64,000 nucleotides of DNA from Phoronis australis. Its lineage: Eukaryota > Animalia > Phoronida. The DNA lies in NCBI GenBank assembly GCA_002633005.1, contig NMRA01000642.1:124001-188000 (forward strand). The letters are read 5' to 3'. Positions 48,261-60,652 of the stretch are shown piece by piece (position 1 is the first letter of the stretch; each line of letters opens with the position of its first letter). Made by a program: the position numbers and the translations under genes. The notes below the pieces were generated by a model. The model saw only the letters and a list, made by a program, of their open reading frames with translations. It did no database searches and was not told the origin of the DNA.

Positions 48261-50363
48261 GATTTACAGGTTCATTAGCAGTTATCATATATATATACAT
48301 AAATTATAGGTGTTCAAATCTCCTTAAGAGACGTGAAATTGGCACAGAAATATCATTGTCATGGTGCGCTGTACAAGATTGTCAGTGTGGAACATGCAAT
48401 TCGGTCGGGGGCCACACTTTGTTTTGCACATTTCAAACAATCGTGTGTCGGGTGTTGGGCTTACCATGAAGGATTCGCTTGCTTCTTGTTCGATTCAGAC
48501 AGATTTCAGTCCTAACTGCATTGAATGTAGCATCAGAAAACGTTTACGTTGTGTTTGAGAAGCGAAATTTACACGTCATTAAATTTGAATATTTTACAGG
48601 ATTCCCCTAGGCTACCATTTGATGTACAGAGTGAGTAATGTTGCATTTCTCTCCAGTTAAGCCATATTATACAGTAAGTATTCCCTTTTATAAAGTTGTG
48701 CATACAACTGTAGCTTGCCTTCTTAGGTTAAACTTGAATAGTCCTTCTTTGTGTCAAAAGCATTCCACACCGTTAGTCGTCTAACAGTTTGAGTGACATG
48801 TTTGTTTAATTCTTTTGTCCGTGGGGTAGACTATTATTGAAGTGGTAACGTCTCTTTACAGCTATTTATATGTTTGTGAAATCCCTTTTTAAAGGACAGC
48901 CACAGGTTTGTGATTTTAAGAGACAATGCCTCCATTTTTCAAAAGTAACTCGAACCATCTGAATAATTTGATTCCTTCGGATGTACATGTATACTACCCT
49001 ACAATTTACCTGCAAAACTCAAGGCAAATGACCAGTTGTTACTGTGTACATCCGGACCTTAGAATCCGCATTTTTCTTGATGCTGTGTATTCGAAATTTC
49101 GTCGAAATGTGAAGATTCGTCAAAACCCTCATTTTACCAAGGATCACAAAGATGAGAAGAAATTCGGGTTGTTCATCGTAAACTCTCGCATCAAAACATG
49201 TAGTGCCCACCTCTACCTGGAGGATTTGATCCACTCAGACGGAAGGGAACTAAGACTAAAAAGCAAACCAGTACCCTCGAGTTTTTAAGCGTAAAGGCTT
49301 GAACAAGTGAGACAAGACAAAGGTGCGGAGACTGATTCAGCTCTGAGGGTGAAGGTGGTGCCATTGCTGTTGCCATGTACTCACACATTTTCTTTCAAAT
49401 TTTGAAAATTAAATGCACAACTGATGGCAAAGAACGTAAACTATCCAATCACTTTTTCCGGATTCAACTTTCACGCTGATGTCATGTAAACACTTTGAAT
49501 TTATTTCTCCAAATGTATATAGCATCCACCATTGCCTGTTCATGGTTTCGATGAAACGTCCTTTCTCTGTATTTTAAAGTATTGTGGACAACACTTTGAT
49601 TTCATGGATTAACTATATGTACGCGTATGATGTTTTGGGAGGCCCTGGAATAAGGTCTCACAGGAGTGTGGTTTTAAACAATGAACAGCAATTTTTGGGA
49701 AAGTACCAATTAAATAACATAATAATTATTGACGCCACAGATTACAGGCTACCAGTTCTTTGCAAAGGCAAAATGAATGCTGCACGACATACAAATCAAA
49801 CATACTTTAGACCGTGTCAACTGACACCATGTAAACGTTTCTCAACTATAGACATCAAATGAATTTGCAGAAAGAATAAGAGGAAGAATTGGAAAAGGTC
49901 ATTGCAACACGCAGGAGCCTCGGTTTGGTGAACATTAACTACTTTTTTCAAATCACGTGACATGCTAGCCGATATTGGCTGTTGAAATGTCGACAATTAG
50001 CTCAGAATGTCCACAAGACAGATACTGTATGTAGAGTGCCGCAAAAATGACGACAGGTGGCTGAGAGCGGGGTTGCATAAAACTTCAAAATTATCCGCTG
50101 GATAAGTTTGATTGTTGAGTGTCGTCAGGTGCATTTTTCAACAATAACAATGTGACGCCTGAGAATGAGACGTCATTTTAGCTACATGTATACGCGTATA
50201 ACTTTTACGCAACCATAGACTATAGTACGTGGACCGCCAACTCCGTATACTTTCAATGGACGAAATCTATGAGCTTACGCACAAGCTCTTACGTCATTAT
50301 TCACTGGCGACACCTGGCTAAATTTTCTGGTGCCATTTCCGGCAAGTACGTCGTCTGCTAATC

Positions 50364-50572
50364 ATGGTCGGCTGCTGTGTGGCCGGTTGTTCCGCCACAC
50401 ACGCGAAATCAGGGATACATGTAAGCTTTCATAGCGTACGGAGACACCAAAATCCGCTGTGGGAGGAAAAGTTAACGTCTCGTGTGAACGTGAATGGAAG
50501 TTGTTACTCCAAAAAGAATTTGTACATTTGTTCACGTCACTTCGAAGATGGGTGTTTTTTAAGAGGCTCTGG
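50364..50572 (+). mobile_element. THAP zinc-finger exon, probably from a P-element/THAP9-like or Kolobok transposon relic
   Basis: MVGCCVAGC...SFH......W...YICSRHFEDGCF (C2CH THAP), followed by a gtaggc donor; downstream sequence is degenerate. Confidence 0.8.
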
Positions 50573-53500
50573 TAGGCCTACTACTTAATCCTGTCTTCAC
50601 AAATCCATTTTTCTTTTCTCCGTTTTGATGAAAACTATCTGGTAAACTTTTTGACGAAAAATGTGCGCTAAATTTCTTCCAATGGTAGTGACTGGTGAAC
50701 TCTTGTCCTTACGAGGACCTTCAGCCATAGTCAAGTGAGCGAATTAACCAAATTACTCTTCGGTGACCCTGATCAGACGGTTGCTCTCAGCATAATGCGT
50801 ACATTTGGCCAGGATTTGGATCAGCGATTTCAACTACTTCACACTGAATAGTGTACAAATAAATAGGACGCTAGTAAAACCTTTAACATAAATAAAGATT
50901 ACATTAATACTTCAGAAAAAATCAACTGGACCTGTCAAAATCTATCTCGCAATTCAACAGCAGGTTACATACTCAACTATTAATGTCGACTGTATGCCGC
51001 ACAAAACCTTTACCATCTTAGCCAAGTACGCTGCAGTCTATGAAAATACCGACAACTAACTCGAGTTTCAACTTCTTTGCAAACATGGAACAGGGATATC
51101 AAAATGGTATGTAGGTTGTTTTTATGCTTCAATGTTACATTTTTTAAGCAGACAAATGTTTTATTTTTTAAATCTACCTTAATTCCTACTATTTCAAAAG
51201 TATTTCCAACCTCACGTCTTTCAAACGTACATTGATGACAAAACCATATATCTTCCACCGGTTTTGTAAAGTCCTGCACCATAATATGAACCAACCCTAC
51301 TCCTAATGTAACAAAAAGGTCCCGTGCGTAACGGATACTAAGCATGGTCCATCTGAAGTATTGGATAGGTTCTGCTAACGCAACCTTGCGAAAAGTCACA
51401 CAAGAACTCGTGTACCATCGCGTTACAAGTGAGACACGTGATAATAGTACTTTCCTTCGGAACATCCTTGCGTGAAAGGAACTTACTATGTGGATTTTCC
51501 ACTATATGGCATCATTGCTGTGTTTTTCATGTTTGTGTCATCCCCCGCTATATTCCAAGTTAATGGAGCGAGACATTGCGATGTCAGCCTAGTAAAACAT
51601 TTTTTAAAATGCTAATGGTTTTGTGTAGTGTCGTGGATGCATGCCTGTTTTTGATAATTCAATGTTAATTAGTTCTATGGTCAATTCCACGATGTTTAAC
51701 ATTTTAAGAAATTAAGTCAGTGCTTGCTTTGCTTTATTTAAGATGTCAGTTTTACCAAGAGAATTGTAGAGGGTAGTATGCCCACATTATTTATGCCGCC
51801 ATCACCTCTTAAAACTGCTATTCAAAGAAAAACTCCTCTCGTGAGTATTTAAATTCGTTCTCAACATTTTGTTTTACGTTCTATTACTATTATTGTTATT
51901 ATGTGCACATTCATCCACTTTAGACCTATCAGTAATGGGCTCTTCAGACATGTTTAACGGTATGTACACATCGAAAGATCACTTTCATTCCTTAAAACGA
52001 ATGTATTGAGGAAGATTTGCCACTTTCCGTACTCTCTTCACAGAAGGCCTTACAGTAGATCGTCTCATTGAAGATTTGTACCTATTATTGCTGAAACATG
52101 TAACAAAATAATTCGCAAACTGCAACGTAAACTTCATTGTCTTGTTATGTCGGTTGGTTGTAACACAGAGTTGATGCTACATCACCTGGTGCTCATGCTA
52201 ACCTCAGATCAACACAAGTATTGTTTCAACGTTTGCCTTAAATTAAGATAACGAATTCATGAAGTCAAATGTTGTTCAGTTTGGGGATTTTCCGTATCTT
52301 TGATATGGATTGTCCTATGACGATATGACATGGACAGGAAAGCCTGTTGTCTTACCAGACGCGAGACGGGGAGTGACAACTTGTCAATTTTTGGCATAGT
52401 TAACAAAGCGCTGTTGAAGGTCTTCAGCCGTTTGTTAGTTGAAATGTGCATTCCAAAAACTACGGCAGTTCTTTGAGCGACGAAAGCATGAGCTCTACAA
52501 TGAATGTAGGGATGCAAATGTCATTTCAAAGCGTTATGAGATACAATGTAGTAAAGTTCATATTTTCCTGACTCTTTCATTAGCGACACTTAATTTCTGA
52601 AGACTAGTCAGTTATTTATTTATAGCTGACAATATTGTAGCTGTCACATACGGTATTTGTTATGTACTAATGAACAAAGGCAATGTTTAAACAGTCAAAT
52701 TGACATCTGATATGTATTTAAAATAATAGTTCTTAAAATGCTCATTTGATATTAAGTGGTGATCGGATAAAACATCGTTATCCTTAACTCATTTAGTGAT
52801 ATCAATAATATTTGTCAACCTGTATTATCTAGTATGGCTAATTCCTCCACGTTGACTACGTCCTGTTATTTCAAAAAAATGCAATCACGTTGTAAATGTC
52901 TTCCTTTAGCACCTACAACAAAACTTAAGAAATAATAAAAGCAAGCGATTTCTAATCAAAATATAAGCACAACCAGTGTTTCACCGCGAAAAATATCTGG
53001 TTGCGAGATGAAATTATATATTTACGTCTCATGAACATTATTACCTCATAGAAGCCATTAATCATTCCATTTAGTGAACGTTGAGTCATAGTTAATTGGA
53101 TGCTCTACTGTTTCCTAAATCCTGTTGCTTTTATTTGAGTGGCATGTCTCATAGCTCCTTCAATATTTCTTTCGATGTTCTGATTAAGTAATTGTTGTTC
53201 AATTGCTACAATAATATACAGAGATTATTTCGTGTTCCCCATGTTGTCGTTAATTAATTTGTTAAATTGTAAGAGTATTGTAAGCGTCGCCGAGAATGGG
53301 TGCTTTTTAGGCAATATGCTTTAAAAATATTCATCCATTCAACAATTTACCTATATTTTTTATCCTGAGCTGTTATGGATATCTGAAGACGTTGGAATGT
53401 TCACTATTGAAATGACGTAATGTATGTGTGTGGTATAGATGTTATGAAGAATAAGAATGATAATAAAAAGTACAAAGCGCATTTTACACCACAGTGATTA

Positions 53501-53877
53501 GTTTTGGCGAGTGTTGTTACATAAAAGCGGTAGTACCGTACTATATATTCACGTTTTGTCACAGAAGTAATTTTAATTTAAGTAACTTACCGTTATAGAT
53601 GTGTTCTTACTTTAGTCATTACTCAAATGAGATATCTGAGTTTACAAAGAACCGACAATTGTGATTCCTCGAGGCCATACCCGGTACAGAAAATGCCACA
53701 CCGTGATAAGACAGCATGCGGAGCTTATCTCAGGCAATAACAAATTGTCAGTTATGTCGAACTTTACTTCATTTTGACATTGATATTGCATTTAAAAATG
53801 TAAGAGGTCTGATCAAGAGAAAAATACTTTTGTGACAGAAGGCGAATTTAGTCATGTACAGCACACATCACGAATTT

Positions 53878-54065
53878 TTGGCCGACCGGTCGGAAATTGG
53901 TCGACGACCGGCCGTCGACCGGTCGTCTAGCCGACCAGCAGCCGACCAACAACGGTCGGCTAGGAGCCGTCTACTGAGTCGCCTCTGTTGTCGGCACTTG
54001 GGTCGGCTAAGTGGTCGCTTAGCGTAGACGACCAATTCGGATTAAGCGTGTCCTTGGTCGGCAAT
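53878..54065. repeat. GC-rich CCGACCGGTCGG palindromic subrepeat cluster (transposon subterminal-like)
   Basis: Multiple direct and inverted CCGAC/GTCGG units in AT-rich surroundings. Confidence 0.6.
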
Positions 54066-54830
54066 TACCATTTTATGACTTAACGGGTGAACTTTGGCCA
54101 AACAAACATTTTACTGTTCGCTGTTCGTTCACCACTGGCAACTCAGGTCTTGACATCGGTTTATAAAGTTTTGTTCAACTATTGAAAGGAAATAAAATCG
54201 AATCAACCTACAAATAGCCGTTTGAAATTTAGACAAACTCATTTGAGAAAAATATTGAAACCACCACCTTCCATTTGAAAAATCGCCATTGTCAAACAAC
54301 TGCACACGCATATAAAATCGTGTCATAAGCTGTTTGGAAAAGATGACTTTAACATAATTCAAATTCAAATTATCTTTAAGCACATAAATGCATTTTGATG
54401 AAAGCATGGATTCAAGATCCTCGTTCCAGTTCGCCATCTCAAATTTTCCTGGAAAATTTCACCGTTCAAATGCAACCGTAAAGTCATTATATTATTTCCC
54501 CGTGAAATATGCTAAAGCTATATAACCTCAATCACTGTCCAGAATAACGAAAAACCTCGGAAGCAAGGGAAATGAACCCTAAGAGGTAGCAAGCAAGATA
54601 AAGGGCGTGGTAGGTACGTGAAGCTGACGTGTGCTACTTTTCAATTTCATACTTTTATGTGGCATTTTCATAATTTTGATGTGAGATGTCAACTCAGATC
54701 AAGCGTTTTGAAAGTTTGGATTTTTAATTTGTAATGAACTTGAGTTGCAGTGCACGTAACCTTTTATGAATTTACCGTAGTTGGCTACAGACAAGCCCAC
54801 CTTTATAAATACTAGCAACGTAGACAAACG

Positions 54831-54993
54831 CATGCGCGCACCCAGGGGAAAAGTCCAAGAGAAAGAGACGAAAGTCCACAGCACGGCAGTACCCCGTTTT
54901 TTATTTTAGTTCTCACGCTTTTTTGTTAGCAAAAGGTCCACTTTGCCAGAGATTCGAGCCCGCCCCCTATATTAGAGGCTGGGTGCGCGCATG
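54831..54993. mobile_element. MITE family 2, copy 1 (CATGCGCGCACCCAG TIR, 5-bp TSD AAACG)
   Basis: Perfect 15-bp TIR and duplicated AAACG flanks. Confidence 0.85.
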
Positions 54994-55272
54994 AAACGTC
55001 TACACAAATTGCACCTAATGCAGCTCCTGTTCTAAACGCGGGCTTCTTTTTTAAAGTTTGGTCAGGTATAAATAACGCCACAACCATGGAAGTTCAATGA
55101 AACACGTCTACATTACAGATGTGACAATCCCTAGCCACGAAAAACTTAAGAGCCCGACAAAAATACTAATGGTGAAATACCGGTGATGATAATCATCCAC
55201 TTTGTTAATTTACTTCACCTACACAATTGGAAATAGCCGCTAAAATGAAACTCATTCGAGTAAGCACCACGT

Positions 55273-55423
55273 CATGCGCGCACTCAAAGGGGGGGGGTTC
55301 GAGCCCCCCCCCATTTGGCGAAGTGNAAGTGGGCATAAAGGTCTGCCCGCTCTCTTGTTAACAAAAGGTTCATAACGTCAGGAATTCGAGCCCCCCCCAT
55401 TTTGAAGGCTGGGTGCGCGCATG
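55273..55423. mobile_element. MITE family 2, copy 2 (TSD CACGT)
   Basis: CATGCGCGCAC...GTGCGCGCATG with CACGT on both sides. Confidence 0.85.
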
Positions 55424-56388
55424 CACGTGAGTCCTTATGACAGCCCCAACATGGTAGAACCCAAAGAGCTCAAGTCGTGGTCAAATCAGGATGGGCATAA
55501 ATAAGGAAATTTACTGTTTCAACAGATTAGACAAATAAAAATAAGATTCAAAGAATTGATACAGTGTACACGCGCACAATAACTGGGTCTATCATGATTC
55601 AACTGAGATGTTCTAAAGGCCTTGACACGAGTAGATGTGTTCAACATCATCCTCTTCAAATGAGGCTATATCTAAGAACACCAACACAGTGTAAGTGTGA
55701 CCTTTTTATACAGCATCATTCTAATGACCTAACAAGGCCAAAACAGTGTTTGAGTGACCTTTGAATACAACATCACTATAAAACACCTATAACAAGGCCA
55801 AAACAGTGTCTGAGTGAAATAAGTTATGTAGGTACATGTACAGCATCCCAATGAGTGTTGATCATAGATTATCAGTAGAATGGCTGAGGCACTGCATCGT
55901 AGAAAGATATCAGACCAGTGACAACTTGCTGTGGGCGAACTGTTAGTTTGAACCAGTCTTGAACCAATTATGTATTGACCTCACGGATACGCCATTAGTT
56001 GTTTCAGCCTGATCAACAATACTGAAGTATTTACCGAATGTGCCGTCAACATTACAACTAATACGCGTTTTGTGGGACATCTGTTGTTAGCGCCAATCTG
56101 TTCATGGGCTAATTAAGTAAATCTCAAAAATATTCCAAAAAAGGTCCCATACGCGTAACATTACAGCGAATTCCTGTTCATTAATGTGAGATTTGTTATG
56201 AGTGCCAATCTTTTCTTGGGCTAATTAAGCATCTCAAAAATAGTCCCCAAAATTTCCCTTACGCGTGATCCTTTTTCGTAAAATTTTCTGTGGGTTTGTC
56301 TCCAAAACAGAAAAGTCTGGTCGTGTATGAAAAGGACTACAATATTGCAAATAAACGGGGATTGGTGACAAGAACCTCGGTGACAATT

Positions 56389-56624
56389 CATGAGCATACC
56401 CAGCCTTCAATTTGCGGGGCCAAATTCCCGGCGTTGTGGACCTTGTGCTAACAACAGAGCTGGCGGACTACAAAAAAGCGGAGCACCACTGTGAATTGCG
56501 CATTTGGCTTATTTAGTGGACTTGTGTCCCATTTTCTCATACTTTTTGTCTCTCGGGGTTGGAGCTTTTTGCCCACTTCGCCTAATGGGGGCTCCTTCGA
56601 GCTTCCCCCCTATGTGCGCGCATG
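56389..56624. mobile_element. MITE family 2, copy 3, inverted (TSD CAATT)
   Basis: CATGAGCATACCCAGCC...TGTGCGCGCATG with CAATT on both sides. Confidence 0.78.
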
Positions 56625-56769
56625 CAATTAAGATTTGGATTGTGGTATCATGGGAGAATCTGTAATCTGAGAGCTAGCCATGAGCACAGGGAATTTATAA
56701 ATTACATTTTTTGTCTGCGTGTATAAACACCCTGGCTGAAGCACTCGACATTTCTCGACCCCCTCTTAC

Positions 56770-57530
56770 GGCAATTTCAGCGACTGTTAGAGGTGAGATG
56801 GGTCGTTACTCCTTGATTGCATACCGACTTCCTAGAATTATGAAATATCAAAAACGGACGAGTCAAAAATTACATACCATTGCTATGAATGGCAGTACAA
56901 TATAACGGAAAATGTTAATAAACCGTGCTGTTTTAATGATTTTAAGAAATTGCTATTTCAGTTTCGTTTTGGAGAAGCATGGTATGATCAGGGTGTATGT
57001 TCCGAGACAAGCTCCATATTACTTTTTAAACAAAGATGCAAAGATACTGATCAGCAAAAGGGGCAAGATAATTTGAACAATTCGATTAAGCTGGAAACTT
57101 ACAGAACTTTTAAGTTAAATAATACATGATTTGAAAACTATTTAGATGTAATTGACAATGTGAATGTTAAGATCTGATATTGTAAGATTAAGATGTTCAG
57201 CGCATGCACTAATGATTGAAAAGGGTAGACACTTGAAACATAGCAGAACAGAAAGGTTATGCCCTCTCTGTGTTAGGACATATGTCGAGTCAGAATATCA
57301 TTTTGTTATCGAATGCCCACTCTACCATGACCTTAGGAAACGATATTTGCCTGCATGGAGATACAACAATCCCAATGTTACAAAATTCAACAGACTCGTG
57401 ACTATGGAGGAAAAAGATCTTATATGGTCAACATGTAAATATGTTCATTTCGCATTCAAGCGAAGAAGAATTCGGTTTACTTCTAGTGTTTAACACTTAC
57501 CATTATTGTATTTGATGATTTGATTGTAAC
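56770..57530 (+). mobile_element. 3' fragment of a CR1/L2-group LINE ORF2
   Basis: VRGEMGRY, KLETYRTFK, RLRCSAHALMIEKGRH...ERLCPLC...ESEYHFVIECPLYHDLRKRYL. Confidence 0.85.
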
Positions 57531-57702
57531 AAGGGCCGGANTCATCTCGTATACACTCATTAACGTGGTTCATAGGTCGTGAAATACGACACTCCAATAG
57601 CGGAGTTGCAACGCCGCCATATTGGAAATGGGACAGAATGTTGCTTTGTGGTTAAGCCGGTAAACAAGTACGTCGACAAGCGTGGGGACGAACCGGCCAC
57701 AG

Positions 57703-57945
57703 GGAGGTTATACGTGTAGTGTGCCTGGCATGCTATAATACCAGTTATCGGGATAAAAAATTAGTTACTACCTGTTTCCCAAGGATCAAGAACTGAGTTT
57801 AACATGGGTCAGAGACATCGGTAGAGCTGGCAGCAAAGGCCGACTTCGTGATTTTTTTCCGACTTCGTAGCATAAACTGCAGCGCTCATTTTGAGGGCGG
57901 CAAGAAAACGTATCTTGGAAACTGCCCAACGATATCTCCCTTCAA
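57703..57945 (+). pseudogene. Frameshifted THAP domain (transposon relic)
   Basis: Hand translation across frameshifts: YTCSVPG/CYNTSYRDK..SYYLFPKDQELSLTWVRDIGR...CSAHFEGGKKTYLGNCPTI. Confidence 0.72.
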
Positions 57946-60311
57946 AGAAACAGTAAAAAATACTCCACGGCGGTTGGTAGTGAAAAAAACAACTTGTTTT
58001 CGCTTGACTATAACCAAGCCAACATGATCACTTTTGAGGATAATGCCTCTGCACAATCACCTGTTCTGGGTCAACTCACTTAACGTATGCACACTATAAC
58101 GCGCGCTTGCAGAATATTATTATTTACTTTCTACAAAATTGTGGTGCATTGCTATCAAAATTCGTTGTTAAATTACGATAATTTTTCATAAAATTGAGTT
58201 GAAGTCCCAGGGCGAAATCTTGCCGACAAATGCGTAGCTGCCGGTCTCGCAATCGTCTAAAGGGCTTTAATTATTCAATAAGACTACATCTTCGACTCAA
58301 CAAATTACCTGAAATCCTCCTCAAGGTTTCCAAATAGCGTCTCTAATATTTATTGTGGAGTCTGGATTAACTGCAGATTAAGTCCGAATCTACGCTAGAT
58401 TGAAGCCCGCAACACGAGAAAAATCTCTGGAGGAAAAAACATGTGGTTGTCACGTGATGTTTGTTTTGAAGTTTGTATGCGTGTGTGTGAGAGTAAACGT
58501 GCGTGTGCTTGTCATCCGAGTTCCTTGGCCAGAGTAAATGCGATGTAGTGATCTAGGCGTGTATTGTATCTAAAGAAAATAAGTCAAGCAGTCAAGCAGA
58601 GCGTGTTTTAATATTCAGCTTAGCACGTGCTGGCCTCATCTGCTAAAAAACGTTCGAAATTTTTTTCGGTGAGACCGATATGTCACTCATTGAGTCGCCG
58701 AGTGGGTGGATGCGTAACCGTAGTGTAACAGCTATTTCCGGAAGATTTGGGGTGTAAAGGTGCGAACGTATTCACTATCAGTGGGTCATTTTTACTTTAA
58801 AAACACCAATTATGATTAGTTAAATAATTTATAATAAAATCAATGCAAAAGTTTTTTACGGTATTAAAAAGTTTTGGAAATTAGTGCCAATATTTATTCC
58901 TTGCTGATGCTTATGCAGCGCGCTTCTTGGCTGCATGCCAACACTGGTCGAGTTTTTATTAGTCTTCGATTCACGGTTTTCACGTGTACAAAGAAGTTTG
59001 GATTCGTGTTGAGGCCGGAGATTCTGTACCGGAAAGAAATTATGCAATCCCGCTGACAAGTACGCTTCGTCTCTTTTCAAAATCCAGACCCGCGTAGTGG
59101 GGCACATCCCTCGCAAGAGCAGCAAAACTTCTGCGTTCTTTTTGAATCGCGGCGTAAGTTTGAAGTGTAAACGAACATAACGGTGAGGCTCGTGGACTAC
59201 AAATTCAGGACTGTCGGATCTTTCAATTGATAAATTGGAGACGTTAGAACTGTAGGTAAGGGCATTATTCGCACGTAGTTCATGGGCTCGGCGCTTACTT
59301 TAGCCAAGTCTGAAAATGCGTTGGGGTACTTGTTGGGGCATGGGCGCTTATTAGGGCGAATACCGGCAGAATTACATGCAGCAGCGTAGTTTAATGCACA
59401 CAAATCACACGTCATGCAAACCAATCGGCCATTCCATTTACCCTAATCAATACCAATAGCTTTTGCGCATCCTATTTTCCGGACATGCGCAATCGTTAAA
59501 TCGATTCGGTTGCAACTCCGCTATTGTAACGCATTGTGACGTCATTAGGTTTTTACAATGACAAATTGAAACCTGGAAAACCGGCCGCGTCACGAAACTT
59601 TGCACAGTCCCAAAGGTACCTTGATACAAGATGGCAGCAAATAAGGATTTTGGGCAGGGATTTTACCTGAGTGGTGAAGAAAAGGAAAAGGTGGGAATCA
59701 TTTCATTATCTCACCTGTGTGTACTTTTTTAACTGTTTGTTTATTTGACCTTGGATACCTACATTACAACCGACTGCAGTTAACCTGTTAGTCTATACAA
59801 CTATCTTCGTTACCGATAAGAAGATCGAAACCAGTAGCTTTAGTGCATATATCTTGTGCCACTTTTTGTTACACAACTTGAAACTTAGGCAAAGGTTGTT
59901 AAGCAAGTTTTCATAGCCATGTTAACGTTGTGTACTTAGTGGTCCCTTGTGTTTTCTAATCCAGCCAAACATTTACACGTAATAAGTTTGCATTGGTGAG
60001 TTAAGATGATCTGCAGGAGAATACATCGGTGCATCAAAGTAGGTGGCACGAGTCTTCTATTAAAATAATTTTAGAAACTGTTTTAGATCGTACATTTCAA
60101 TTAATGCACAAAAGGTTTTGATCTGGCTGCAGTACTGACTGTAGAGGTGTGAAACGCACATGTACATGTAATTGGTGGGATACATGTATTTTGTGGTCGG
60201 ATATATTCTTCACTGAAGTATCCGCGTGTTTTCTTACACGAATGATGTAAGGGCTTAAAAGCAAACGTGCATAAATATTAACGTAAAGTAACATGTGTTT
60301 ATACACATTGT

Positions 60312-60312
60312 A

Positions 60313-60362
<50 letters not shown>
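60312..60362. repeat. (TA)n microsatellite
   Basis: Direct reading. Confidence 0.95.
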
Positions 60363-60366
<4 letters not shown>

Positions 60367-60540
60367 TTATCTATCATCATCTGTACACTATTAAGAAGTT
60401 TGGGGTCCAAAGTTTAGAAAAACCGAGCCAAGGTAAAAATATTATATAGCTTTAAATCGCCATTATTACTTGAATGATGTTGCAGAAAACAAGAATATCG
60501 GTGCATCGTAGTTCGAGATTCCTCATCAGTTAACCTTCTG

Positions 60541-60652
60541 GTATAAATGAGCGTCCCAGGCTATGAATGTTCAGAGGTGTTAATACCCTGTGCCTTGTAT
60601 AAATGAGCGTCACTTGTTATGAATGTTCGAAGATGTTGATACCCTGTGCCCG
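60541..60652. repeat. Two-copy tandem repeat of about 56 bp
   Basis: GTATAAATGAGCGTC...TATGAATGTTC...ATACCCTGTGCC occurs twice. Confidence 0.8.

Noticed and set aside
48300-49400. Possible minus-strand gene (MATAMAPPSPSEL...)
   Set aside because: Stops in all frames and no identifiable family; at most an unrecognised pseudogene.
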